Assembly (NCBI GenBank): GCA_040285825.1
Contig: JAUPSS010000006.1
Span: 248,001-312,000, forward strand
Origin: Eukaryota sp. TZLM1-RC
Lineage: Eukaryota > Protista > Metamonada: BaSk clade
Reading direction: 5' to 3'
DNA: 64,000 nucleotides
Made by a program: the position numbers and the translations under genes. The notes beneath the pieces are model-generated. The model was not told the origin of the DNA, ran no database searches, and saw only the letters and a list, made by a program, of their open reading frames with translations. The stretch's first letter is position 1, and each line of letters opens with the position of its first letter. Shown here in pieces: positions 50,961-62,439 of this stretch.

Positions 50961-53900
50961 GAGTTATGGTCAAAAGATTAGCGAATGCAAGATATGGAAA
51001 AATTTAAAAGAATTTATGCTCAAAACAAAGTAGAACGTGTTTGGGCTTATGTAGAAAATGTAATTAATTTAAATTGGATTATATAAACAAAAAAAATGAA
51101 TTTTATATTGATAAATGATTATCCCTAGCGCATACTTTGATTATTTCTTGACTCAAGATCCATCCAATTTTGACTTGTCAATTTTTGAATTGAAATTAGC
51201 AGTTATTTGTTAGTGACATGAGAGAATTATTAGAACAAAAAAGTTTAGAGAAATTTAACTCAAAATATTTTTTTTCCAAATCATTCCAATCAGGAATTTC
51301 AGGTTTTACATCCTCAACAACCTCTTCTTTTGATTCATCACCCAAGAAAAGAACACCACCACCACCATCATTATCAGATTCCTCTTTCGGTTTTTTTTCT
51401 CTTCATCAAGTTTTTCTAGACTATTACCACCAGATTTTTTTGTTGAGGTTTTGGCTTTTGGTCAAAATTTTGTCAGGATTATTCATTAATGAATTTGATT
51501 TGAAAATTGAATTATGATTCATGAAATTCTCAACAATTGGTTCGTATAAAAGCTCTCCATCACCAAATTCAAATTGTACAACTTTGTTTTCATTATTTCC
51601 TTCCAGGAAACGTTCATATTGTTTGACAATTTTTCTGGTTTGTAAATTTTTCTACCACCAGTGATGAAATCAATTCCCTCATCATTGTGACGATGTTGTA
51701 CTAATTTTCTCAATTCAATAGCATTTTGTTTTAAAACATCACTACCATCAAATCTATAATGTTGACAACCACCAGGCAGTGAATTTCACCTCTGAATTCT
51801 CAGCTCACCAACTTTCAATCTTTAGACACCGATTGCGCACAATCTATAGCACTTAAAGGTCAAGTTTGATTTAACAAAATGTTGTACATGAGGGGACAAC
51901 TATTTGACGGACTCATTAATAAACGGTTTAGTTTTGCTCTATTTCACTGTCTACCGCTGTCTATAACAAAAACCAACAGTCAATAAACCACAAATGTAAC
52001 AATGTCTCAATTATTGAATAAATCTACATGTCTCGTATGTTAATAAGGATTTAAATCACAATAGTGAAATTCATTATTCCGGCTGATATTATGCAAAGTG
52101 GAGATGATGTGCCTTCTGGTTATCATCGACGTCCCGAACTGGAATCCATTGAACCCATTAGACCACCCATTAGACCAGTTTGGGATCAACCAGTAGACCA
52201 ACAGCAAACTCTGAAGTTGATGTAATTTAAAAAGAAGCAATAGCTGAAAATGGCATTGGATGCTATTCAAATGCCTTATGGATGCTTTACCTATATAAAG
52301 GTGTATCTGTAAGTACTAACTTCTTTTTTGCCTACAACAAAGACACCGCTCGGAATTGGGGATGGAACCATCATAGCAAATTAAGTACATGCGATTTAAT
52401 TGATCGACCACAACCTGTTTAAGTATTTGGTTCTGAAATGCTTAGAAGTTTTTAAACAACTTTGACTTTGTAATGATTTTCATTCTCCATCCCAATACTC
52501 TTTCTTTTTCACTCCATACGAAAGTTTGTAGTTTTGAGGACACTTCCCCCTTCCCGTCGTCCACTCTTAACGCTCGACGCTAACGGTCCATGACATCGGT
52601 ATTTTCTTTGCATCAGCCATAATGATTGTCTCCTTTCTGTTGCATAACCTCCGATGATACATCTCCCCTCTCAAATCTCTTCCCTTAAACTTAAGACCAT
52701 CGTCTTTCTTTTGCGATACATTACCCACATAGACTCTCTCAAACTCTTTTCTGCTATTTCTGGTTCACCATTTCCGTTGTTCATCTTCCTTGAAAAATCC
52801 TTAACGAAATTTGAACTCACACAGTTGGAGTCGAACCCAGACGGATGTGTCGGCCGACCTATCCATTGTTTACATACTTTATTGATTTGATTAAATGTTT
52901 TGTGTCAATCCGATCGATTGGAAGATTGAAACAGAAAAACTGTAAACATTACAGAAATCCTTTCAAGATATCCTCTGAAACCTTGCCAACCCAATTCTTT
53001 TCATTCTTGGTTTAGTTCTTAAATTTTATCTGCTTTACTTTTACTGAAACTTTCTGCTGCTGATGAACACTGATGAATGACCTCTTGCTCTGCCCAAACT
53101 TTCTACTCCCAGTCATGAAACATTCTTGTCTACCCTTCACCACCAACTCCTCTTTGCTGGCTTGTACATCTTGCTTCGTTTATCTTCTATGACTCATTTG
53201 GAATTAATCAATTAATTTTTTGATCTTGGTGGGATTTGAACCCAAGAACATGGTGCTGTTATCAGTCTCAACCTTTGTTCTTCCCAATATCAACACTTTA
53301 TGTCCAGTTGAATCTGATGGTAAAGTTATTGATGGATGTGCTATTGATGAACCTCTTATTTCCCTTGTCAAATTTGATATTGTTTTTGATGATGCAGTTG
53401 TTAATATCTATTGTTGCTAGTGATTCCACTTTTGATTCTAAAACATTTTTTATTCATGATTTGGCTGCTGTTGATGCTGTTGATAATGACTATGAATTGA
53501 CTAACATGTATTAAAGTATGAATAATTCCAACTTCGTCTTATTTATGATTTTTTGTCCAAAAAATGACTAGTGACATATTATTTTTATTATTTCATCTTA
53601 TTTCTATTCATATTTATTTTTTTCAACTCAGTAAGGTGTTTGAACTAGTTTTACATTTTCTTCAAATTAATATAATTTTGAGTTAAATCTTTATTTAGAT
53701 AATATTTTTGAATTTCGCAGAGTCTCTACCAAATATTGAGAGTAATTCTCTTTATTTTGAGTCTCTACTAATAAATACATAAACGACTGAGTAATCATCA
53801 ATCATTTAGTTTTTAACTGTTTGAGGTTGATTACGGTCAAGAAAGATCTGATTACGTGTGTCTGTATAGTCTACATGTTTTTGGATCTTTGTAGGTTTAA

Positions 53901-55412
53901 TACTTACAACAATTATATTTATGAATTAATTTGAGGGTTTCTTTTTTTACCTCAACAAAATTAATTCATTTTATTTTCTTTTTGTACTACAACAATTTAA
54001 ATTGATTTTTTTTGAAAGATAGAATGAGGATAGAATTGTCCTCTCCGCTAGAGCTGGAGGAAGACTGAGCGTTAGCGGAAGGAGGATATCTTGTCATGCC
54101 AGTCATGACATGATTTGACATACGAGACGCGTAAATCTTAAGAGCCTCAACTCAGCGGGAGATGGATTCTCGACCGGTATGTTCTAAATACAGGGCAACT
54201 GGGAAGGAGAACGTATCCTTCTTGAAGATTCTGGAGTGATCCTTTCATCGACGAGATATGGACCAATTCTGGGAGAGATCCATAATCCTAAGTCGTTCTC
54301 GACTTTAGGACCGTAGAAAGGAGGACGTTTGTTGCTCATCTCCGTGGGAGGGATGGCTTCTGGGTCCTCCGGAAGGACCTGTGGATCCCTATAACGTGCA
54401 TAAGGATTGTGCTGACGGGAAGCACCGTGATGATGAATACTAGAGCTAGCGTGGTAGCTTGTTTGGGTGGGAGTGAATTGAGCAGGTGTAGAGGATGTTC
54501 CTCTTCTAGCTTGAATCATCCACCGGTGGTGTATTGAGAGCAGACTGAACACTGTTATTGGTCTGAACCACAGACTCTCTGAAAATTTTCCTCCTGACGG
54601 GAACTCTGCGCACTATCTGCAGTGGAGTTTTAGTACAACTATTAAAACTATCAATTAATTAAAACGAACTTTTTTTAATGGAGGAGGAAGGGTGTTTTTC
54701 GGTAACTTTGGAAGTTTCAACTTTGGTGGGCTCTGCAACTTTTGGGTGGTTATCAGAATTGTACTGACACCAAATGCAGTCTGGGTCAGACTCAGTAGGA
54801 GGATTTGGATCATTCAAATCCAAGTAATCATCGTCTTTGTGATTTAAAAGGTGATGGGTTCTGTCTCTATTGTTTTTACACGTTTGACAACGATGTCTGT
54901 TGTGAGTAGAACAAACAGTAGCACCTCCATATGTCTCGCCTACAGATTGAGATGAGGATAGTTCTGAGAAAGAGCGTTCTGCATCAGACCAGTCTTCTAC
55001 CTTTGCAAGACCGGGACGAGGAGGCGAGGGAGGGCAAACAGGGTTCTAATGTTAATAAAGCGATGGTCACATACATCAGCAAGCTGAGTAGCATCTTGGA
55101 TATGCTGATCCTGGGTGGATGTGCATCCATGGGTTCATCATTTGTGCTGATAACAGCAACAACACCAGGTACGGCAACAGCAGATGTGACACAGTCAAGT
55201 AGCTCTTGGAGAGTGTACTTGCCAGTTAAAAAGACTTCGCGGGATAAGTACTGTGATTAGTGAATGTGTCGGAACCCGACATACTTGGTTAATCATAACG
55301 AGAATTATGGGATATGAAAATTCGAAATTTCATTCATGCTATTTAAATATTTAGACAGTATAATGGTGTGGAAAAATTTTAAATTTATTTTTATACGTGT
55401 GATGACGTGTCA

Positions 55413-56330
55413 CTATTTAGATCTATTAATATAAAGGATACGAGTACCTCCTACTGCTTCAATAACTGAATCTGATGTGATTTTACCTGGGTCTGTCATA
55501 ATCATCATAAGTAACCGGTTGCGTTTAGCAACATATGGGTTTCCTCCTTCAGAACAAGACTTGGAGTAATCTACCCATAAATTAAGTGCTGAGGCAACAT
55601 TGAATTCTGCAATATGATTAGTTCCTGTGTGATCTGTTGGTTTAAATTCGACTAATCTATCTTGAAGTACTTGGAAACGTTTGAGCATGAATGCATGACT
55701 GAAAACATCAACCATTGGTTGCTTTGGGTCATAATTAAAATTACGATAAGCAGCATCGTGGTGATTGGAATCATATGATGCAAACATACATGGAAGTATG
55801 TCATGTGCGAAGGAAGTTGGTGCTTCTGGAAAACCATCAGCTTGAAATGTTTGATTACCTGGTTCAAGTTCCTGGAATTTAGCATATCTTGGCATGTAAC
55901 TTGGGTTGTTAGGTTCCTTATATATAAAAAGGATAACACGTGCACGTGGATGAGAACATTTAGTTGCTTTAAGAGCAACGCGTGATTCAATACCTTTGAT
56001 AACAATTGCCTTATCTAATGTGTTTGTAGATTGAGAATTAGCTTGAATTTGTGTTAAATCTTGAATAGTCAACCATTTACCATCTTTAGAATAATAAGGT
56101 GCAGATTGTGCAAGAAGATTCTTAACTGCCTGTTTTGAAGAATCAATTGTTGGATTTAATGGAAAAATTGCATGTTCCAATGGAGTACTTTTACGAGGAG
56201 CATAAGTGCGAGAAGGAGGAGGTTTGTAAAGAGATCGTAAAGATCTGCGACCATATGCACCATAACCAGCATTACGTGCCCTACGATTAGGAAAACGTCT
56301 TCTGCGACGAAATCTACGACGAGGATACAT
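55413..56330 (-). CDS. cap: CRESS virus capsid protein (Arg-rich arm, jelly-roll), virion sense
   Basis: MYPRRRFRRRRR N-terminus; RVILFIYK, RFQVLQD and C-terminal RILY resemble gemini/genomo/STNV-type capsid strands. Confidence 0.85.
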   Translation of the reverse strand: MYPRRRFRRRRRFPNRRARNAGYGAYGRRSLRSLYKPPPSRTYAPRKSTPLEHAIFPLNPTIDSSKQAVKNLLAQSAPYYSKDGKWLTIQDLTQIQANSQSTNTLDKAIVIKGIESRVALKATKCSHPRARVILFIYKEPNNPSYMPRYAKFQELEPGNQTFQADGFPEAPTSFAHDILPCMFASYDSNHHDAAYRNFNYDPKQPMVDVFSHAFMLKRFQVLQDRLVEFKPTDHTGTNHIAEFNVASALNLWVDYSKSCSEGGNPYVAKRNRLLMMIMTDPGKITSDSVIEAVGGTRILYINRSK

Positions 56331-56368
56331 GTTGTGAAAAAAATAATGTTATTTTTCTGATTTCTCTT

Positions 56369-57403
56369 ATGACACACGAACTTGCTTACTCAAAAACTCA
56401 AACTGATGCTGGTAATCTCTGGAACCTTGGTTTAACCAAATATAATGGTGGAAAAAATGACGTGATAAGAACAAAAAGATGGAACCATACCGGTACCATC
56501 GGAACAACTGACTTTATGTGGGTCATGTACAACACTCACACGAATGCTTTGAATGAATATGTATGGCCATGCACACATGTTCTAGATAATGATAAGGCCA
56601 AAAACGGAATTTTCAATCGAACATATTTAAAGTGGAATGAGGATTCAGAAGATGATGAAGAAATAACTAATGATGCAACCAGAAGAACAGTTGCACCAGC
56701 TAACAGACCAATGGTTGTAAGTAACAACAATGGTTTTGACTTTGGAGAAGGAACTGATTTTTCAAGAACAAGATTGTACTTCCGGATGACGTTAGATACT
56801 ATTTCATATAGACATGGATATGGAATAGGAAATGGTGCCGATCAATTAATAGAAAGACGGCATTTTGTCAAAACTGAAGAACATTATGATTGTGACTACA
56901 TGGGCAGGTTGATTATTTGGATAGACAACACAATGGAAGGAGAATGCGCTCTGATAAATAATGAACAATGGTGTGAAGATATTCAAAGAAGTCCAGAAAG
57001 GGAAGATTTAGTTGCTAATGACTTTGAATATAATTGGTCTAAATATTGGACCAATGCAACAACTGGTATGTTGCGTTATAGAGGTAAAAACACTACTGAA
57101 ATACTGAGTGCAAAGTGTAAAGGTAAAGTTCTTCATGATGAAATCTTTGATATTAAATACAAAGAAATGAATGTTGTTGAAGGTGTTGTAGAAGGAATTG
57201 CTGATAGGAGTGAAGGACCAAACTTAACTGATGAAGGTCCTTTAAAGTATACACTTATAGTTGGAGGTATGAGAGGAGGTGTTGAAACGAATTCAGCTTA
57301 CTTTGAAGGAAATTGGGGTACGTATGACCCTGAACCTTTTGCTATAATGGGTAATGTGCTGAATTATAGTATGGTGTTTGATTTTAGATTTAGTTCAAAA
57401 TAA
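56369..57403 (+). CDS. Viral 344-aa protein, putative second jelly-roll/minor capsid
   Basis: Intact ORF; GRLIIWID, KVLHDEIFDI and terminal VFDFRF parallel the capsid strands; no basic arm. Confidence 0.55.
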   Translation: MTHELAYSKTQTDAGNLWNLGLTKYNGGKNDVIRTKRWNHTGTIGTTDFMWVMYNTHTNALNEYVWPCTHVLDNDKAKNGIFNRTYLKWNEDSEDDEEITNDATRRTVAPANRPMVVSNNNGFDFGEGTDFSRTRLYFRMTLDTISYRHGYGIGNGADQLIERRHFVKTEEHYDCDYMGRLIIWIDNTMEGECALINNEQWCEDIQRSPEREDLVANDFEYNWSKYWTNATTGMLRYRGKNTTEILSAKCKGKVLHDEIFDIKYKEMNVVEGVVEGIADRSEGPNLTDEGPLKYTLIVGGMRGGVETNSAYFEGNWGTYDPEPFAIMGNVLNYSMVFDFRFSSK

Positions 57404-57408
57404 ATGAT

Positions 57409-57822
57409 TTATGGTAAACCCATATATGGGCGGCGTCTACGAGCTGCTATAAATTTCTTTCTTCTAGTTACAAAGTTAATAAAATCTTTGTTCTTAAAGT
57501 TTTTCTTCCAATCATCTGTAAATTTTTCTCGTCTGTTGACTCTATCATTTACACGTTTTTTGTGAAAAAGAGAAGATGGATCTTTAGGTTTATGAAGTCT
57601 GGACCATTCATAATATAAACCTTGTTTGTATTCACGACCGAAAGATGGAAGATGTTGATTGGGGTCAGGATCAGGAATATATGAATATTCCACTTGGGGA
57701 TATTTGGGTGTATGAAGTGCTCCTGCACTGTCTCTTTCCTTGTAAACGTCTGTATGAGGTTTTTTAGGTGGATGATAACCTTCCCATTGGGGAACAAATG
57801 TACCTATTCTTCTTTTACCCAT
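57409..57822 (-). CDS. Viral basic protein, 137 aa, in frame with the upstream ORF
   Basis: Intact, K/R-rich; its stop is 5 nt from the convergent ORF's stop. Confidence 0.65.
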   Translation of the reverse strand: MGKRRIGTFVPQWEGYHPPKKPHTDVYKERDSAGALHTPKYPQVEYSYIPDPDPNQHLPSFGREYKQGLYYEWSRLHKPKDPSSLFHKKRVNDRVNRREKFTDDWKKNFKNKDFINFVTRRKKFIAARRRRPYMGLP

Positions 57823-57909
57823 ATAAGCCTTTTGATATGTAGGATCAGTTTGTGCCTTTTCGGCATCAAAATCAGCATCGAAATATCTATTATGATGATA
57901 ACCAACTAG

Positions 57910-58710
57910 TTAGTTCTTAAGATGAGGGTGTTGAATGTCGTCCCACTTGACTTCGCCTGGAGCATGGCGAGTGTTGATACCTGGATCTCTTTTAAACTGT
58001 TTTTCTGTAGCGTGTTCAGTAGCATGTGTTGATGTAGATACAAGAGATATCTTACCATCTTTACCTTTAGATATATACTGTGGCTCAGTAAATTGATGAA
58101 CCATATGGTCTCTTCTACGTTGATTAAGTTCTGCACGACTTCGCATATAATTGCGATGTCTACGATAAGATCTATAAATAGACATTGGAAGATTAAGGGC
58201 CGTGTAAGGCATATTCCTTCTTCTATAATAAAATTTGGGTCTATAAGATCTTTGTTGATAAGGAAAACTACGGAAACTATAATTGTTTCCAAGAGGTTGA
58301 TGAAGAGATGATATATGTAAAGGCATATGATTATTTCTGGAAGGTATAGCCCATTGGGGTCTATTTTTCTCCCAATAATGATTTGTGATTCTATCACCAA
58401 TAGCACCAATAACTTTTTGGTGCGTAAAAGGATGTGATAATGTAGAATAAAGGACTTGACCATAAGGAGATTGGGTTGTAGACATCCATTTATATGATTT
58501 GGATGCTAAACCATAACCTTCAGGAGCTAGGGAACCTAGAGCTGCCATTCCTGCACTCTTTGGATAATCGCGCCAATTATGGTTTGATTTTCCAAAAGTA
58601 TTTTTGAAAAATTGATAACCAGTGCCGATAACTGCACCAGTTAAAGCCCTGGTGAAGGGATTTGCAACAACGGGATAAAGTGTGTTAGGTTGTAATTGGG
58701 GTATGTTCAT
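57910..58710 (-). CDS. Viral 266-aa protein, Gly/Ala-rich N-half and Arg/Tyr-rich C-half
   Basis: Intact ORF starting 56 nt from the origin stem on the virion strand. Confidence 0.7.
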   Translation of the reverse strand: MNIPQLQPNTLYPVVANPFTRALTGAVIGTGYQFFKNTFGKSNHNWRDYPKSAGMAALGSLAPEGYGLASKSYKWMSTTQSPYGQVLYSTLSHPFTHQKVIGAIGDRITNHYWEKNRPQWAIPSRNNHMPLHISSLHQPLGNNYSFRSFPYQQRSYRPKFYYRRRNMPYTALNLPMSIYRSYRRHRNYMRSRAELNQRRRDHMVHQFTEPQYISKGKDGKISLVSTSTHATEHATEKQFKRDPGINTRHAPGEVKWDDIQHPHLKN

Positions 58711-58765
58711 GAAGGGAAATAAAATGAAATTAAAAATTGCATTTGGTGATGACGTGGCAACACTT

Positions 58766-58798
58766 GAAAAGCGTGGGTAATACTAATTCACGCTTTTC
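58766..58798 (-). promoter_or_regulatory. Rolling-circle origin: perfect 10-bp stem with TAGTATTAC nonanucleotide (58777-58785, minus strand)
   Basis: gaaaagcgtg-ggtaatactaatt-cacgcttttc. Confidence 0.95.
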
Positions 58799-58843
58799 TA
58801 TCATTCTCACTGTGTGTGTCATCATCATCTTGATTCACTATAG

Positions 58844-59185
58844 ATGGTAAACCGAAACCCTGTCAAGAGCTGGTTCTTCACTTTGAACAATCCAAGCGAA
58901 GAGGAAACGAATGCTTTGGTCGATGACTTGAAAGGATTGGCAAGATGCGCAACTGTTGGAAAGGAAGTAGGAGAATCCGGAACACCTCATCTACAAGGAT
59001 GCTTTGTGCTGAGAGATGCCATGAAACTAAAAGATTTGAAGAACAAGCTTAATGAAAGAGCCCATTGGGAACCTATGAAGAACGTAAAGAAAAGCCGTGA
59101 ATATTGTAAAAAGGAAGGTAATGTAATCTTAGACTTTGGATATCCTGAAGCTAATATTGACATCAATAAATTAAAACTGTTGTAA
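58844..59185 (+). pseudogene. rep: CRESS Rep, HUH endonuclease domain only (helicase lost)
   Basis: Motif I FTLNN, motif II PHLQG, motif III YCKK; the last ~11 codons derive from the flanking repeat. Confidence 0.93.
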
Positions 59186-61096
59186 GCAAAACATAGAATT
59201 TGTTTGTAGAAATTAACAAAGATTTATGAAAGAGTTGTATGACTTTTTGAAAAATGTGAGATTTTAAAATAAAATTTCAAATTCTCTATCAAATATTACA
59301 AACTCTTATATACCATTTCATACTTGCAAAAGCTTATACAATACACACATAATTAAAAGGTTTTACAGTTCCATAGTTTATTTTGAAGTTATGCAAAATG
59401 ATATTCTTCCATAAATACCCAGTAAAATTCTTACCACTTGAACGACATAAATTATTATAACAAATCTGAACAAAGTTTTGTTCAGAGTAGTTTCACTAAC
59501 ACAAATGGTGCGAGGCAGTACATTCAAACAAACGATGTGAGACGTTAGTGTGGATGAATGAAAAGTTAGTCTTCAGTGGGATCAGCCGACCTAAATCTGA
59601 CTCACGTTGACCATTGAAATGTTATTGGACCATTTATTGCACTAATTGTGTACATTCTAAGTTTGGTAGTACATGAAATCTTAAATATTCCTTAATCCAT
59701 CTCTAACTGATCGGCATTGAATCTTCCTCATGTCTCATCACCCCGTTTAAAAACTTATTGACAAGGTGACTTCTGATCCAAACACGAAACATGTTAAGTC
59801 GTTATTCACAAGTTGACTTGGCTTGATATGATTTGACTTGAGTCATTAGATAATGTTAGTTGAAAGTTCCATTTATTGAAATGAAAAACACACTATTTCC
59901 ATCTCCAATCCCTTTTGTTTTATTGTACCGAGCCCCCTGGAGTCGGGCATGCTTAGGCCTTCCCCTTTTATTCCGAGAATGCATGACGCTTTCTTCTTCC
60001 GGCGTCAGCACCTCATATATGCTCATCGTTCTTGCTTTTGATGTCTGTCACACCCTTGATGTTGTTGTTCTTGCTTACGATCGTTTATTTCTTAGTTCTT
60101 TCTTTAGTTTTTCTTGTTCTCAATTGTTGTTTAGAGCAGTCCTCACCAAGCCACACACTCAGTATCTCAGTAGATCGACGTCATTTGTCATTCTCAACTC
60201 CATCATCTTTTCGTTCAATCTTTAGCAACATTTGTGCTTTATCATTTCCTGAGTTTTTTCCTTCATTGGGACTCGAACTCGTGACTCTTTTGATTTTTTT
60301 TGGAGTTGGTGAGATTCGAACCCAGGACCTCAGTCTTGTCCAATTTTGATGAACCTGGAATTTGACCAATGTCCAATGTCTAAACTTTAGGTCCAGTTGA
60401 TTTTAATAGTAATGTTATTGATGGATGCTATTTACCTCTTATTACCCTTGTTAAATCCATTGTTGAGTTTGATCATTTAGTTGTTGTTGGTTGTTCAACT
60501 TAATCTTTTGCTACTGATTAATCCATTGAATTAAACTATGTGGGTTTGCTACTCATGACCATTTTACATTAATCAAAATTAATTGGATTATGATTAATGA
60601 TGTGTTTCTGAATCTTGTTATGGTTTATTTATCAATGTAGATGACTCAATTGTGGATTTCACCAATATTAAAACTTTAGGTCTAGTTGATGCTGAAGGTA
60701 AAGTTATTAGTGGATGCACTAATAATTTTCCTCTCATTACCCTTGTTAAATCTAATGTTGATCCTGTACTTGTTGTTTGTTGTTTGTTGTCAATCTCAAT
60801 CTATTGATGCTACTTATTCTACTACTGATTTCGAAACTGTTGTTGTTGGTGGTTCAACTTGGATGATTACCTTGAATTAACCAAAACTACTTTGAATTTT
60901 TTAAATTTAGAGTCTCTATCAAACATTGAGAGTAATTCTCTTTGTTCAGAATCTCTAATAATAAATACATAAACGACTGATTAATCATCAATGATTCAGT
61001 TTTTAACTGTTTGAAGTTGATAACGGTCAAGAAAGATCTGATTACGTGTGTCTGTATAGTCTACATGTTTTTGGATTTTTGTAGGTTTAATACTTA

Positions 61097-61420
61097 AAAA
61101 GACTCTTTTTAGGTCACGATTTATACATGAAACGGTAGCTCCAGTGTCTACCATTTCATTCAGCACGGTTTTTGAGTCTACATGAATTTTCAGATGAAGC
61201 AGCTTCTTATCAATAGGCTTGTTGAGTTCCTTAGTGGTCAGAGAGATGAAAGGTTCAGGATTCTTGGTTGAGGCAGGTCCAGTGATCTTCTCAGAGTTAG
61301 CGTCAGGAGAGTTCTTAAGGGAGGAATCTAAAGGCTCACAGGTTACTCCACCGTGGTGCCGAGCACAGTATGCGTCGATCATCCCTAGTTCGGTGTTGAG
61401 GTCGGAATCCCATCGGTTGT
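61097..61420 (-). mobile_element. Retrotransposon aspartic protease fragment
   Basis: MVDTGATVSCI; cut by the repeat block at 61096. Confidence 0.7.
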
Positions 61421-62439
61421 CAAAATTGTGAAATTACAATCATAATCACACGCCATGACAGGATAATTAGACGCCTCAAATATCCCACACAATAATTAAT
61501 AATTTCAGGCTGTTTCGAAGGTTGTACAACTCTGAGTCATCCTCAACATGATGATCACTCTCTTTATGGGGAAGGTCACTTTCTTTCTGACTTCTCTCAG
61601 CGGGAAGTTCACTCTCCTTTGGAGGACTCTCCTTATAATTGAAACTAATTGTAATGGTGGTTGTTGATCAACTATTGGATGTCTTGAAGAAACTGATTTG
61701 ACCAGTATTGTTGGTTATTTTCTAAATTTAGCAACATTTTTCAATGGATATTTAATCAACCATTGATAATGCTGAGAATGCAGCTCCATTATCAATTTCG
61801 CCCTTTACTTCCACGTTGTTTATTGAACATTTCAACCAAAGTTCCCCGTTAGAACTTGTTTAGTCGCCTGTCACCCTGGATAGTCTAGCACTGTGGATAG
61901 AACCGACAGGATTGGACGACTCTCTAAATCTTTTTAACGGATTGAGGTGTCTATAATTTGTATCAATTTTGCTCATTGTATAAATGGTGTTGATTGAATT
62001 GTGTGTAAGATTATTATAAAAAGATGTGTATTCATCTGATTTATTTGTACTACGTTTTCTATCACGTTTATCGCCCCCCCCCCCCCGACGCTTTTTTGAA
62101 CCAGGTCTTCCCAGCATTTTACAACATTTTTCTTCAGGATGTTTGTTGGTTTTGCATGAGCTACACCATTGCTATGAGGATTTGGGTCGACTACGTCTAG
62201 AATTCTCTCTAGAGCTTTCAAAAGGACCGTTTTACTGGCTTCATCCTTATTGCGCGGGGGCGTGTTTGCCAAAAGCTGTTTTGATTAAATTGAGGATTCA
62301 AGGCTATTGACCTTGTTTACAAATACATTTTCCAAATCGAAAACATCATCACCAGTTTCTTATTACTCGTATTAAACTTATCAATCCAAATATATATAAA
62401 AATGTCCATCAATTGGCTGTTAGTTTTATCGTTAATGGA

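Larger units (their letters stand above)
55400..59150. mobile_element. Endogenous CRESS DNA virus, ~3.75 kb retained
   Basis: Rep, origin, capsid and three more densely packed ORFs; the right junction runs into a host repeat also seen at 48240-48355. Confidence 0.92.

Noticed and set aside
55265-55283. Small hairpin tgtcgg-aac-ccgaca as the left viral terminus
   Set aside because: Only a 6-bp perfect stem, with no counterpart at the right junction
57910-57912. TAA/TAG=Gln code to explain the in-frame stop in the virus
   Set aside because: The 305, 344 and 266 aa viral ORFs contain no internal TAA/TAG, which would be expected under that code
57906-58463. 185-aa overlapping ORF as an extra viral gene
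   Set aside because: Ile/Leu-rich alternative frame of ORF266 with no motif support
1336-61096. CRISPR-like array
   Set aside because: Repeats are long, dispersed and in both orientations; no regular repeat-spacer period and no cas genes
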